Of a stretch of 64,000 nt of DNA, positions 26,101 to 39,000 are shown in pieces. A model generated the notes under the pieces. The model was not told the DNA's origin. It searched no databases and saw only the letters and a program-made list of their open reading frames with translations. Source of the DNA: Phoronis australis (taxonomy: Eukaryota; Animalia; Phoronida); contig NMRA01000433.1 of assembly GCA_002633005.1 (NCBI GenBank), forward strand, positions 248,001 to 312,000. Direction: 5' to 3'. The translations under genes were made by a program, and so were the position numbers. Position 1 is the stretch's first letter, and each line of letters starts with the position of its first letter.

Positions 26101-28845
26101 GGCACTCCAGATTGACACTACATTTCCAAGGGCAAACAGCACAATGTGTGGTCTGATTAATGAGAAGATGCTCATGTCAATTTTGATTTAAGAGCACTTA
26201 TCATTAACACATTGTGTGTGAAGTCATTATTATTTTACAATAGGGAAAACATTCAGTGGCACTGAAGGTTTCAGTAACTTTATACTATGCACATAATCGG
26301 TCAAACATTCAGACATGTCACTGGCAAAAGCAAATTCAAAATGATATAATCCACAATTTTTTATGTGCACAAAAATAAGGGTTTTCTAATTTCAAAAAAA
26401 AGGGAGTTTTAAATAACAAAAACAAATTTCATTTAAACAGAGAGAAGTAATTGATAGCAATGAACAGTATTAAAAACAACATTGTATGTCATGGTGCTTC
26501 CTGGCAAAAACATAGACATGCCTTAAATCAACTACCCACAAATAACTACCAAATGGCATCCAGACATGTCAGTGGATTCTTAAACAACAGAAGAATGAAC
26601 CCCAGTTTGTGTTCCTGTTGATAAACATTGAGATCCCACATGAAGTGAATCAAGTCATACTGGCCAACCAGTCACATGAGCAGTGAGTCCAGACCATTTT
26701 ATCCAATGAAATGTGTGACTTGCTACTGTCAGAAATATGTTCAACAATTAGCAACACAGAAAGTAATTCGTGAACAGTAAAAATCTCCAACTAAGGTCTC
26801 AATAATGATGGACGACAAGAATTAATGCCTCAATCAAAAATAACATTAGGTAAAAATTGCCTGATCAGGATAATTTGGATGGCAGCCATCAAGATCAAGC
26901 AATTGGTGAAATTCAAGAGACTGCAGCTGGTAGTGAAGTAAGCCTTCAAAAATTGATGATGGTTTTAGCAAATTTATTTTTGTCTCAAATTGAATAATTT
27001 TACTCTAGTTCAATTTAGCCATATGTGTTCAGGTTCTTTCAATCCAAAATGTGTTAAAATGTATTGATCTAAAATGTCTTAAAATGTATTAATCAGTTAT
27101 CAATAATCCCAAAATGCACCACTATTTTCCAAAACTGTGACCTCAGCAGTTTCCTAGAAACCTGACAGGATGGGGGAGTTCTTTTGGAAGCAGCAGCTCC
27201 AGCCAGGACCATGTATGTGTTTTTATACAAGTTATAACCTTCCACAGCTTATCTTCCAAGAGCCCTCTTGAAGAGTTTCTAAAGTGGGCAGTAGATGCAG
27301 ACAAACATCTATTTTCCATAATATTGTCTAAGGTCTAACAACAGGAAAATCTGCCTGTTTCACAAGGACCTGGTTGCAGGTTTCTATTATGGAGTTACCG
27401 GTTGTCACCACGTGCCACTGGATGATATGCTGATAATATTCACCTTCAAAAGATCTATACATGGCTAGTTGAACAGTTTTCACCATATAACAAAACTAGG
27501 TGATAAAGCAATGATTTTTCTAGTAGACGTTTTACAGATGTTAGACTAATGGTAATTAAAGATAGACTATTCCACAAAAAAGTGGCACTGGTTAATTCCA
27601 AGTGTTTTTGTAAACTGCTCAAGTACTTTGTCAACCATAACAAAAATGTTCGAATGACCAAATGATAAAAATTATGAAATTCTTCAGTTACTTTTCTACT
27701 TGTTTTACATTGATGGTTACAGAGAGGGAGAGCGGTTAGAAAATTCAAAATCCAAATAAGAACGCCTGTGAGGACATGGGCACTTTTCCGAGGTCAAATA
27801 TGGTAAGTTGTGACAATACCGTGTGTAAGTTGAAGGAAAACACACCACTACCGAGACTAAAGTTAAACGCGGGATCTTCAGCATATGAATGAAGTGTCCA
27901 AACCAATCAATAAAAAGGCAAATTTTGCTTATTAGCAAGTAATTCGGATCTAGCATTTGTTTGACTTTAAAAGGTCACATGGGGAAGTCATGTGATACAA
28001 CACTCCTCGCACTTCCACGGATCAAATGCGTGGCCTGACCCTCAGGTTAACTAAGTCTCTTGTCTGGGATTGGAGGCTCCTGGGCTGGGGTCATAGACAT
28101 AGGCTAGCAACCTAATGCCTGGGAGGAATACTGAAATCTCGTCTGGTCATGGTGCACCAATGTAGAAAAATACACTATAGCCAATTGGTTTGGAATATCC
28201 CGAGATCAAGTCTTGCAACTACATATTTTTCTACTAAGTACAGTAGTGGCCTGGGATTGGAGTTTGTCGACTGAATCAGTAAACATCAAAAAGGACAATA
28301 CAGTGAATTATACAAGAAGATAGTCTAGGAAGTCATTTTACTTTACTAAAAGAAATCGTAAGTTTAGCAATCAATGTGATTCTGAAAATTAGATGTTACT
28401 TACTGAGATGAAGAGTCAAATTGACAGAATTCGGGTATCGAATGTTTCCCTCATACATGGTCTCGGACTGCCACCAAGTCATCGATTCCTTGGTCTCTGG
28501 ATCCGTGAGATATTTTGCCGGGTGTCTGTTAGCAAAATCCGAGTTGTCGCAAGGATTACCGCAACTCTTAGGACCCCCCGTGGCACCAGTTTGCAAGCAA
28601 TAGTATTGTACTCCTCGCATTCCGCAGGTGTTGGTCGCCTCAACGCCGGGTTTCGTTACAAAAGCAGCGTTCACGAACTCGGGCGTGCATCGCTGCGGAC
28701 GATTGTTTTCGTCGTAGCAGCTAACACGCTCCATTTCAGCTCTCGCCCCATAGTTTGCGATGATAATATTTAAGCATAAGGCGGCCAAAATCATGGTACA
28801 AGTCCTCAAACTCGGAGATGTCAATCGAGTCCTTCCGAAGCCCAT
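1971..28845 (-). CDS. LAMC1: Laminin gamma chain (laminin gamma-1/LanB2-like), 5' part; five coding exons in window (28404-28845, 16925-17226, 15492-15622, 8029-8207, 1971-2159); gene continues left of the window
   Basis: The exons splice in frame through GT-AG introns. The product carries gamma-chain motifs: [116 protein letters not shown]. Confidence 0.95.
8029..8207 (-). CDS. LAMC1: Laminin gamma coding exon 4 (LE repeat 1)
   Basis: Acceptor TTACAG|; [59 protein letters not shown]; donor C|GTAAGT. Confidence 0.95.
8212..8376. repeat. 17-bp minisatellite (AATCAACCAATCAACAA), about 9-10 copies, abutting the laminin exon 4 splice acceptor
   Basis: Near-perfect tandem array visible directly. 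Confidence 0.95.
9543..11448. repeat. About 805-bp near-identical direct duplication (9543-10348 and 10642-11448) flanking a single N at 10641; probable haplotype/assembly artefact
   Basis: Offset 1099 bp; identical ORFs at 9759 and 10858; only small differences seen (gatgggcaagagag vs gatggggcaagggag); the second copy starts immediately after the N. Confidence 0.9.
10350..10640. mobile_element. Repeat element beginning with a roughly 164-bp imperfect palindrome (10350-10513), truncated by the gap
   Basis: Arms ATAGATTATTACATG...TTATCTAGAGCCC..GTGGATTTTGGAGAATTATC and GATAATTCTCCAAAATCCAC..GGGCTCTAGATAA...CATGTAATAATCTAT around the core CCCGAGGGGCGTCAGCCCCGAGGG; absent from the second copy of the duplication. 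Confidence 0.7.
15492..15622 (-). CDS. LAMC1: Laminin gamma coding exon 3 (end of LN domain)
   Basis: Acceptor TTGGTAG|; [43 protein letters not shown]; phase-2 donor AT|GTACGT. Confidence 0.95.
16925..17226 (-). CDS. LAMC1: Laminin gamma coding exon 2 (LN domain); absent from the ORF track
   Basis: Acceptor TTTCAG|; translates (R)[46 protein letters not shown]...[31 protein letters not shown]; donor CAG|GTGAG. Confidence 0.96.
18417..18839. mobile_element. MITE-like element (about 420 bp) with long imperfect TIRs, possibly PIF/Harbinger-type
   Basis: Left end AGTGCCGTTTATACTAACAAAGTTGACACGGATCAGCTGACACAGAACAAGTTG; right end reverse-complemented AGTCCCGTTTAGACATCAACTTTTGGCCCGGCACAACTGACACAGAGCAAATTG. 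Confidence 0.7.
28404..28845 (-). CDS. LAMC1: Laminin gamma coding exon 1: signal peptide and start of LN (domain VI)
   Basis: ATG at 28845 (alternative in-frame ATG at 28794); hydrophobic [19 protein letters not shown]; then [20 protein letters not shown]...[11 protein letters not shown]; phase-1 donor A|GTAAGT. Confidence 0.92.
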
Positions 28846-29496
28846 CGCTGCTGCGGGACGATTGAGCTGAATGCAAAGCAGTGATTTCCGGAAGGGAAAC
28901 AACGAAAAAGCACTTATTGACCTGAACCACTGCGACCCCGTTTGCCGAGTGGACAAACGAATTACATCAAGACCTTACGCAAGATGGATTGAGGGTGGGT
29001 TCTGGTATGTAACGGGTTTCCGTTAATTTCTCAATTATTGTGGAGTTTTACACAACGTATTGTAGTTGTGGTCCTCACCATGAGTTGGGTCACTGAGGTT
29101 GCCCTTCATAGCACCGTGGGCAGAATGCTCTGGGTTTTTTTTTACTCAATGGCCAACTTGCCTACCCCAATGAGTGTAGGTCTATTTCTGTCAGTTGTAG
29201 GTTAAACTACTTCTGGTAGACATGCATCAGTAATTGATCCAAGAAAAACGTGAAATTTTTGGTAATACTCTTTATCGTTCCTTGTGGCAGCACAATTCAT
29301 CAATTGACTAAACCGATGTTTTGAATCTTGCATAGTATGTTTAATGAACAATGACGGCAAATCAATAGGTTTTTATGTCACTACGAGTCCATGTGAAGGC
29401 AAGCATTATAGCGGGCGCAAACTAGCAACCCCCTCCCCCCCCCCCGTCGGCCTGATTCAGATTTACATGCCCCACCCTCCCTCCCAACGACCCCCT

Positions 29497-29656
29497 CGCC
29501 AATTTCACAATCCCTAAGCTTTCGTAATTGATATAAAGTTCGTTTTTGGGCACTGAATATTCTTTCACGTTTGATNCGCCAATTTCACAGGTCTAAGCTT
29601 TTCGTATTTGATATAAAGTTCGTTTTTTCCGCACTGAATATTCTTTCACGTTTGAT
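29497..29656. repeat. About 80-bp direct duplication across the N at 29576 (probable unmerged contig overlap)
   Basis: CGCCAATTTCACA...CTTTCACGTTTGAT occurs on both sides of the N, with several mismatches. Confidence 0.85.
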
Positions 29657-31611
29657 ATGAGACTCATATTCTGTCATGGTTACACTGGCAGTACACGTTG
29701 CCTCTTGGAGATAGCTAAGAAACTATCCTCGAATCCATTTTCCACTTGATCCATGGCAGGACAACCTCACTTTGCTGCCAAATCATTTCGTGTCAATAAT
29801 AAAACATTTTATCAGCTTGAAAATAAAATGTTTCGAATCGTGCATCACCATCTGCCGCCGGAGAGAACTACGAAGCTAAGTTATGCCTCAGCTACGAAAT
29901 AATTTGTATCTAAAATCCCATCAAACCATGGAACGAGTGAAATGCGGATGTTGCGGGAGCTTCAAAACCAAAATCATGGAGGTGGAATACTACATGGTTG
30001 GCTTAACGAAATGGCTTGGAGGCAAGTCTCAAAAAACCCAAGCAACTGTTGCCTAACGTCTTTCATGGTCAATAATTGATGACAATGCAGAATTCAGTTT
30101 AGAGTCTGCGCACTAAAAACGGACTCTCAACAAAGTCACAGTGCCCATTCAACTTGAAAAAGAGTTCGTTTGGTTTTTAAGAGTAGGCCTACAAGACTTT
30201 CCAAAGAAACATTTAAGGATNACTCTATCCTTTAATTTCACTTTTAGCCTTATAGCTAACTTCACCAATCGAAATATATCACAAAAATAGGAACAATTCG
30301 TAAACTACAGACCCCCACGTATATTTACGCTTCTTCGTGCATAGACTTCGTAGAATTAAATGTTCCATAGCATTCCACTGTGGCGGCCATTTTATTGGTG
30401 CACCACCAGGAAATTCAAAACTCAACTTAAAGTCTCTCCACTAAATTTTGTCTATTTAAAAAATGAAGTTATGAAAGAGAATTATTGGTGAGTAAATTTC
30501 GAATACATTGATTTGCGTCAAAATTCTTTTAGTCAATACTTTAACCAAACCGATACGGAAAGAGTATCTTTAAGTTTCGTACAATCAAACTTTGTATCAT
30601 AAAAGTGCATGTATTACCATACTGTATAACTGTGTGTGCACAGCCTACTGTAGGTGGCTGCCGTAGTTAGTATCAAAATCAATAAGCTCAGATAGATACA
30701 ATTTTTTAAATGGTCCGAACTAGTGAGGTACACAATCTTCCGTATTGAGAATGACCCGGCAGAAAGGTCTCCAACATATTTGTAAAAAATAAGCGTGGTA
30801 TCGTTTATCCCAAAGACGACTGTTTGGTTTCCGCACAACGACGCCGAAGATATTGTTACTCCACAGAGCTTTTTTGCAGTGCTGGAGTACCTAAAGCTTT
30901 ATCTTCTTCGCTACACATGTCGAAAATAATGACAAATTCATGGACCAATACCTCGATAGTTGGCACGACCAATTTAATATACAGTTAGTCATTTATCACT
31001 GGTCCATCATCTTCTACGGATCTAACGGATAAGGTGTCTTCAAGGGTATAGAGTTGGCTTGTGTATTCCGTTCTCTAGACATGTAAACGTGTTCTCTAAT
31101 CACGATCAAGAGCGGTGATTTTGCGACTACTCGTGTAGACAAGAGGGGAACAGCAAGAGCGGCCGATTATGGGCTTGTTCATAATCAGGGTGTCATTTTC
31201 TTTGGCTGTCGATTGATTCAGTCAGTTAAAACGTACAGGGCCTGTTTGTCATCTCTGTTACCAACCGTTGGGTCGATTCAAGCTGCTAGTATTCCACTAT
31301 ACTGCCTCCGTGCCCGTAGCCAGCATTGAGCAGGGGGTACTAGTTCGAATTTCTAGAACGGTGGACCTTTCATATTTTCCAAAACGTCGACACTATAGTA
31401 TTCAGTAAGGCCGTTGACGCAGCTTAATGAGGGGAAGGAAATTCTGTATACACAACGATGTTCCTGAGATGTGACGGAATTTGTAATACCAGAAGTGAGG
31501 ATGCTATGATGGTTGCTCATAAATCACAGGATGTGGTGGTCCAGAAAGAGAACGTTCTCGCGTTAACTCCAGTCAAAATTTCAAATCAGGCATCAGCTTA
31601 AGTGAGTGATT

Positions 31612-31763
31612 CAGTTGCGGATTTAGACGGGGGCCAAGGGAACCATGCGCCCCCCTCCTAAAATCCTCTCAGGTTCCATTTGGCAGTTCGGGTGTGCGAA
31701 TTTCTGACGAAATCCTGGCTAATTCTCTGCCCTAGCCCCTCCTAGCTCCTGGATCCGGCCCTG
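31612..31763. mobile_element. About 150-bp MITE, family copy 1 (CAGTGGCGGAT-type termini, hAT-like)
   Basis: Ends CAGTTGCGGATT...GGATCCGGCCCTG; internal TTCCATTTGGCAGTT.GGG.GTGCGAATTTCTGACG is shared with copies at 36426 and 52424. Confidence 0.75.
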
Positions 31764-31899
31764 TGATTACACCTCATTACATACTCGGAAGGAAATATGA
31801 AGTTAAGTCGAAGAATGACTTGATGACATTGTTTATCTGGTTGTATTTTTGCGTGTTACTTAACTTGCTTACATCGCTGGAAATAGGAACAGCCCACTA

Positions 31900-32535
31900 T
31901 TTCGCAGGTTCACTACTCCGAAGGTTCACTGCTCCGAATATCTAAAATTTCGGACTCAGGTGTATTTTTTACTTTACATGCACCTATACGGAAAACAACG
32001 CCCCGGTACTAAAAACACTTTGTTTGGATTTCATGCGCATGCGAAATTGGCAGCATGTCTTTTACGAATATGGAAAAATGAGTGCGTACTTGCATTTTAA
32101 AAGAATAGGAAGTAGGAATATTGGCGAATTATTAACCACGACACATTCATAAATCCATGCCAAGATCACATCGTAGCCCGTCTGAAAAGTTAAGGGCCTT
32201 AGGGCCCCTGCACCTCAATCGCATTCAAGCAATCACGCGCACGGTAGGGTCGAAACTAAACGTAGTCAGTAGCCCACCATGTCCCTGCCAGTCTTCACGA
32301 AGTCAGAGTGTCCCATTCAGTCTTCTTAACCGGTTGGTTGCCGCAGACCTGCCGACCTGTGCCCTACATCTTGTCCCTGTAGTCAATGAGCCGTGAGCAC
32401 ACAATCGGAGTCAATAAAAGTTGGAGTTCTAGTTCTGGAATTGTGGAAAATTAAAGTAATGACAGAAAGTTGCGAACCTTCGGAGTAGTGAACCTTCCGG
32501 AGTAGTGGACCTTCGGAGTAGTGAACCTTTGGCAT
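31900..32535. mobile_element. Foldback/MITE-like element with inverted subterminal tandem repeats (AAGGTTCACTACTCCG)
   Basis: Two units at about 31906-31937 and three to four inverted units (CGGAGTAGTGAACCTT) at about 32473-32530. Confidence 0.7.
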
Positions 32536-34986
32536 AATGACGTGTAACCTCGGAAATCTTTTCCATCAAGTTTGTTGCTCGTATGAAGTTTGCAGGGCTG
32601 TGCACCATTGACAATGATTGACAAGAGAATACTTTCTTAATTGACCAAAGTTGAGATCTAGGTCTACTTTCCCGACTTGAAAGTGAACATGCACGTCGGA
32701 TTTTTTTCAGTGCAAGAAAACACGATTGTCATTGTCTGGTTTTTGAGAACGACGGAGGACGGCCTAGAGTGAACTTACCGTCAGCGTGTACTGAATTTAA
32801 AAGACGGAAACGCACACACGCGTACATGCATGTCAATCCATCAATCCACAATCAATGTGGACACTGGATGAACAACATATTTACATATTTGACGATCACC
32901 TTCAATTCGAAATATGAAAACGCCTGCACTTCTACCGTACTATGGTAGCAATTATACCGAAATAGCAGAATAACAAATTTTCATTACTAGCTTATTTGCC
33001 ATTGTAGTTAGTAAGACCAGGTGCTGCAACAAACTTGGTGTTGTTGTTCATCTGGATATGCTAGGGCTGGACCTTTTCCGTGGGGCGATCGAGCCCCCCT
33101 CCCCCCCCCCAGGCTAGAAGCCTGGTGTCTATGTCTTTTGTTAGCCCAAAAGTCACATACATTCGGAAGTAGTCAACAGAACTTCTCCTTAACTGGACGC
33201 GATAACGTTGCTTTGCGTGGAAATGCAAATACACAGGAACAAAAAATGATGTTCTGAATACAAAAGATGGCCTGTGGATACTTCAAATTGGAAAAAAAAG
33301 AATAAACCGGTACCCGTCCCCAGTAATATTAGCTTAAAACGAGATGGACTGCACAATTCCATTTACTTGGGAGGTCCGCGTATGCTCGCATTTAGCATCG
33401 TCGAAGCCCGCTCCAAAAAGCGTCAATAGTATACGACACAGAGGCCTGTGAAGGTCGAGGTCTCGTGATCACTCATGTCGCTTCACACACAGGATATATT
33501 TCGTTCTTTTCTCTACTTCGCCGACCATAGTAGATACTTATTTTCTGCAGTGCATCCAATATACACTCCGGCCAACCCGCGATCGAGAACGACCAGAAGG
33601 CCATCGAGAATGAAATTTGGCGCGAGAAGCGAAGCCGGGCAAGGTAAGTAAATTTGATAAATTTTCGTTGTTTTTACTTCCAATGTGAAAACAGAGATAT
33701 GATTTCAAGGCGTAACACATTCAGGAACAGCAGGTAGAGGTTTAAGCTAGTGTTTCTCCCAATTATAGGAGAAAAGTTACGTTGACCGAGGCATCGCTTT
33801 AGCCGAAGGTGATATGAATATCATGTTGGCTGTTATTTTTGGCACTAAATCAATAAATTGACCATGGAGTCATGAAGAAATGACGCGTGGAAATATAACG
33901 CAACGGTCGTTTTTTGTAGTTTTGTCAGGATCTCTGATTTTTCGACGCTTTTTTGTTGAAAGATGCGATCGAGAACGCAACGATAAGTGATCAGGAACGC
34001 AAATTTGTATTTGTTTATGCGATCGGGAACACATTGCGGTGTGTCGAACAGTAATGAACTTTTTACTTATAGAACGTGAAAAAGGTTACGAAAATAAGTG
34101 TGGTGCAATGAATTAATCACAACATTTTGTGTCGTTACTGTGTTACTTTCGTATCAAAACTGAACAACAACATAGCATATTTCCATTAAATTGCCATGAG
34201 CACTGCATGTGCATCAAGCATAATTTTAGTTTCACAAACGAATTTATTCTCATATCAGGAAACAAGTTCACTGTTATTGTGAGGCGAGCTTCGACGAACA
34301 TGTTACCCACGACGTGAAGGTACACCCGACCAGGGTTTTGAAAAGTACAGGCCAGTCATCTACTTTTAGACCAAACCACTGAGAACAAGGGTTTCCAAAC
34401 TGAAGACTCAGGCAGGATTTGTTCCATGTGGCCTGTCAGCCAGGGCAAATTGTTGCAGCACCGAGATAAAAGCGAGTGTATAATCTTCTTGTAAAATTGT
34501 GACAGCAAAAGGAAAAAAAGAAATAGCCAGTGAAGTCAAAGAATGATGATGAGTTTGCCCATGGGGAGAGAGGGGAGTGCAGCAACACTTCACGAGATGA
34601 TTCAAAGATTCTCACTCATAAATGTCTGGGATCAAAAAAATGGCCAGAAGTTGTGTAAACTGGTTCCAAACCCGGTTTTGGCCTATTGCTAAAAAAGACT
34701 TTCACGTCCAGTTCTCTGAAACAAAATGATGCTCTGTAAATCTAGACAACCCTAAAAATGCTGGAGGAAAATTTACTTCTTTCAAAGCCTGCTAAACAAA
34801 CAAGCGTGACACACGCTTTCAGCGAATTACACGACAACTGTGGGAAAAGACCACCCAACAAGGACCATACCGTCGTCCAATCTGTGACATGGGGAGTTTG
34901 AGTTTTAAGTTGATTCATGCCTTGTAAGATTGACGCCAATGGTGCACTAGCAGGAACGAGTATTGGTTGAAATCATCAAAACAGGG

Positions 34987-34992
34987 TTTATT
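34987..34992 (-). terminator. Candidate polyadenylation signal (AATAAA) of gene B
   Basis: AATAAA on the minus strand about 190 nt after the stop codon. Confidence 0.4.
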
Positions 34993-35182
34993 ATCCTTTT
35001 AAACTCCACCCTGCGTGACGAGAGAAAAGGAAAGAGTATACATGTACCGTACAGAGCAAACTGTACACCACTGGCCAATGCTAAAAAAACCCAGAGCATG
35101 ACAACTAAGAAATTGAAAACACTACAGAATAGCACATCATGCAATCTTAAATCATTTGATCATTCGGCTCCGGAAAGATGTT

Positions 35183-35350
35183 TTAAACTTGGTCACTCCA
35201 GGTTTTCGGACAACCATAGATTTCCATCCTCAGAGCGGCCCAGCTGACGGCAGACGACATCCACAGTCGAACATACTTTGCATCAAATGCTGGCTCGAAA
35301 ATCTGGGTACGGACTGAGTCGCGGTGATCGATATCGTTTCCAGTCAAAAC
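35183..35350 (-). CDS. Gene B exon 8: discoidin domain end and stop codon
   Basis: VLTGNDIDHRDSVRTQIFEPAFDAKYVRLWMSSAVSWAALRMEIYGCPKTWSDQV*; acceptor TTCTTTAAAG|. Confidence 0.93.
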   Translation of the reverse strand, partial: VLTGNDIDHRDSVRTQIFEPAFDAKYVRLWMSSAVSWAALRMEIYGCPKTWSDQV

Positions 35351-35954
35351 CTTTAAAGAAATTATGAAAGACTGTATTTAAATTTCAGAAACGCTATGAT
35401 AATGATCAATGTTATGATGACCACAGTCGAGGCTTTTCTGCCACTTTAACCATTAAGTTCTGCCATCTAGAGGATGGTGCGGACGAACTGACACTGTGAT
35501 CAGAAATTTGTTTGACAAAATAAGTTAAATATGATCAAGTTACAGTTTTTAAACATGAGACACGGCTAAACCTATTGACCAATGTTGTGATCAAGTTGTA
35601 CTAAAATGTTTATTTTTACATGTACTAATATCGACTGCAACAGTTGAAGACGAAAATGACAATTACGAGGATAACGATGACGATGTTGAAGATGGATATG
35701 AAAATGAGGATGAGGGCAATGATGGTGGTGATGGAGATGAAGATGAAGATGGTGTTCAGGACGAAGACAATGGTGATGAAGAGGAGCAGGGGTTGATGAC
35801 GATGACGATGATGATTTGACGATGACAATGATATTTTTGATGATGACGATGATAATCATGCCGACGACAATGATGATGATGATGATGGTTGTGGTGGTGG
35901 TGATGATGATGATGGTGATGATGATGATGAGGATGGTGGNATGACGATGATGAC

Positions 35955-36000
<46 letters not shown>

Positions 36001-39000
36001 ATGGACAAGTACTTCATATATCGCAAGCAATACGAATTTTTAAATTCATTTACGTTCTTACCTAGACAACGTCTTAGGCTACTTTATAAGGCCTAGTATA
36101 CAGTATAACGTGGCACACAATTACCTATAACCAACGGGAATGGTAAAGCAATGTATTCATCTGAAACTATGCAATTGTTTTGTTGTCTCAAATAACCCAA
36201 TAATAGTTCGACTGAGATCGTCCGGACGTTGATGTGATCTGGCAAAGACGTTTGTCATTTTGTCGAATCGCAGTGCGAAAGGTTAACATAGCCCTACCTT
36301 TTGGTCCTTGTACCAAGTCCAGGTTGATCCGTCGAGGGAGTATTGAATTTTGTAAGTGTATATTCTTTCGTTATTATCGAATCGTCCCTGGAAAACACGG
36401 ACATGCATAACTTAGGTAATGCTACCAGTGGAGGATTAAAAGGGGGTCATGCCCCCTCTAAAATTCTTCCAGATTCCATTTGGCAGTTTGGGGGTGCGAA
36501 TTTCTGACGGGTAAAGTCTTGGCTAATACTATGCCCTGCCCCCCACCCAACTCACAATCTTGGATCCGACCCGCCAGGAGTCGCCACGTGAACTTTTGTC
36601 CTTTGACAGGATGCGTATCACAGGCGTAACCAGGCTTGCTTCGCGACAACTTTGATTCGCCAGTGTTGTTGCAAGAACCCCTGACTCCAACCAATAGTGG
36701 GTTTGTTGCCAATGGTCACAACCGTGTACTCAGTTAATGCATTTTGATGTTGGTGATCAGCTTGAATAAAGACCGTGCCTTTGCGGGTAACCCAAAGGAA
36801 TAAGTTATAGACCTACGTACTTGTGTTGCTACGGCGGTGACGCGGTGGACGCTAGGCAATTCAACTCGAAACCACTCTGCGTTCTGTGAAGTTCCTGAAG
36901 ATCGCCATCCGTCGGCCCCATCATTGCGGTCGCTGTAGAGGCGAGCCCTGTAGGACTCGTGCCCCCCTGCTTGACTACTGGCAGTCATCTTGCTGTCCGG
37001 TATTGTCCCGTCTTCCAGGCCTAGAGGTTGCGGCGCAAAGCAGCCACGCAGTTCTCCATCTGCAACGTACGTGATTAGCAGTAAAGGGCGGAGATTGCAC
37101 ATGCCAGATTCGGGCAAAAATTAAGGAAACTTCAACCAAAACAAGGACAAATTTGGCACCGGAACATGCAATGGAAAATAGTGAAAAGGTATATATATAT
37201 ATATATGTATATGTATATGTATATATAAGAAGGGTGGCGACAGCAGGGGGGCAATAAGCCTTCGTTCCGTCCAAATCAAACTAAACTGTTGATCTTTTAC
37301 ATTTGTAAAATTAGTCTCAGGTTTATTCATTCCTCAGATGGGAAGTGGTTTTTGGTCTGATGGTGCTCAGAGAATGAAACGACACTCTGCGACAACTGAA
37401 GTAAACTTGTAGAGCCATATCTAGAGCAAAAACGGTTTATCGTTTCTTTGCCCATAAACCTTGATTATTTTGACTTTATACAATGTAGCAATTTGAGACC
37501 AATTTTATGACAGCAAGTGGTCTTCAATCAAAATCGGCTTAATGATGGGAATGGTTTTGAGCTAACCACTTTGGAGCAACAGTAATTTACGTCGTCATCA
37601 TTGACACCGTCGACGCAAAACTCGACGGGATATTTCCCTTTTACTCAGGTGCATTCACATTTGCCAATAATCTACCTAAATTCTTGTACTTGCTGGCCAA
37701 AATACACGTCTGCTGCGTGTGCCTTGCGTACTCGCAGACCGTGGCGTTCAATGTCTTGACACACGTGTTAATGCATTCGCTGTACGACAGTCCCTCAATT
37801 GCTGTGTGCGTGATAGATTCCCCTGCAAACGGAAAACGCACATTCATGAAACGCCGAATATCTTTTCTAGTTATAGACACTGTTTCTCTCATATTTTGCG
37901 TAGTTTAGTCGTACATCTTGTTAACACAGTATACTGAAAACAAATATGAAATATTCCCAATGGCGCAAAAGTTGTTTCGATTGTGCCCCGGTTTACTGTT
38001 TGTGTTTGCATTCCACTATTGAGCTGCGGGATATTACTTTAGATCAGTGGTGTCCCCGTAGAATGAAACCATTCGAATGAAACCAGAGGATGTACATTTT
38101 TAGCCAACAGATGGTTTACCATGACCGTAAAAATCGCCAAAAGAGTGGGAGTGCGCGGTAACCGACGTGACGAATGGTGAGACTCAGCTTTGCTTCCAAA
38201 TTGTCACAGTTGGGTTGACACGGCGACTTCTACCCGAAAAAGCATGCGCACATCCAGCCTTTAATATGGGGGGGCTCGAATCTCTAACAAAGTGGACCAT
38301 TTGCTAACAAAAAAGAGGGAGGACGGGAGGACTAATAAAAAACGGGTTACCACCATCGGGTCTGTGAACTGTGCGTCTGCGCCTTTTTAGTAGACTTTTG
38401 TCTCGTTTTCTCGGACTTTTTGTTTCTCTGAGGCGGACATTTTTACTCACTTCGCGCAAATTGGAGTCGCTGTCACTTTTCATGCTCGTACCCGGGGGAG
38501 GGGCTCGAGTGGCTCGAACGAGCCCCCCCCCCCTTGGTGCGCGCATGAAAAGTGGCAATGACTTCAATTTGCGCCAGTACTCGCGTTTACACGAATGTTT
38601 GTTGCGCACGGTTTTATGAGTCGTGTAAACCAGATACCTGTCATTTGAATAAAAGGCGTGTTTGTACGATTGTGTAACGCATGCTCAAATGGAAGGGCGT
38701 GTTGTGCAGTACAGTAACCTTAGCATGAGGTAGCGCCGGGGACACTGTAACCCCTTCTAACGTTCTGATGTGTGTAATATAATAAGCTTGAAAGTTTGAG
38801 ATTATGTTAATCAGCAAAGGTTCCCTTTTAAGGGTTTACTTTGTGCCCCCAACAGCGCCTATATACACACATGCATTAGTTGAGCCGCGTTTACACATGA
38901 CGTTTTTACAGTCACTCATTACACAACTGCGCACGGAAGGAATCCCATGTCTCACCCAGGTCGCAGTTTTTTCCATAGTTCCCCTTCTTGCACGTGCAGT

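Noticed and set aside
1971-28845. Netrin as the identity of the LN-LE gene
   Set aside because: [18 protein letters not shown] and the LE2 motif [17 protein letters not shown] are laminin gamma-type; netrins have CRFNMELYKLSG..SGGVC-like sequence at that position.
30600-31560. Possible gene between gene B and laminin
   Set aside because: Only short open frames with no recognisable motifs and no consistent splice-linked exon chain.
35572-36030. His-rich / Ile-rich ORFs
   Set aside because: They are translations of an intronic (GAT)n microsatellite that contains an assembly N.
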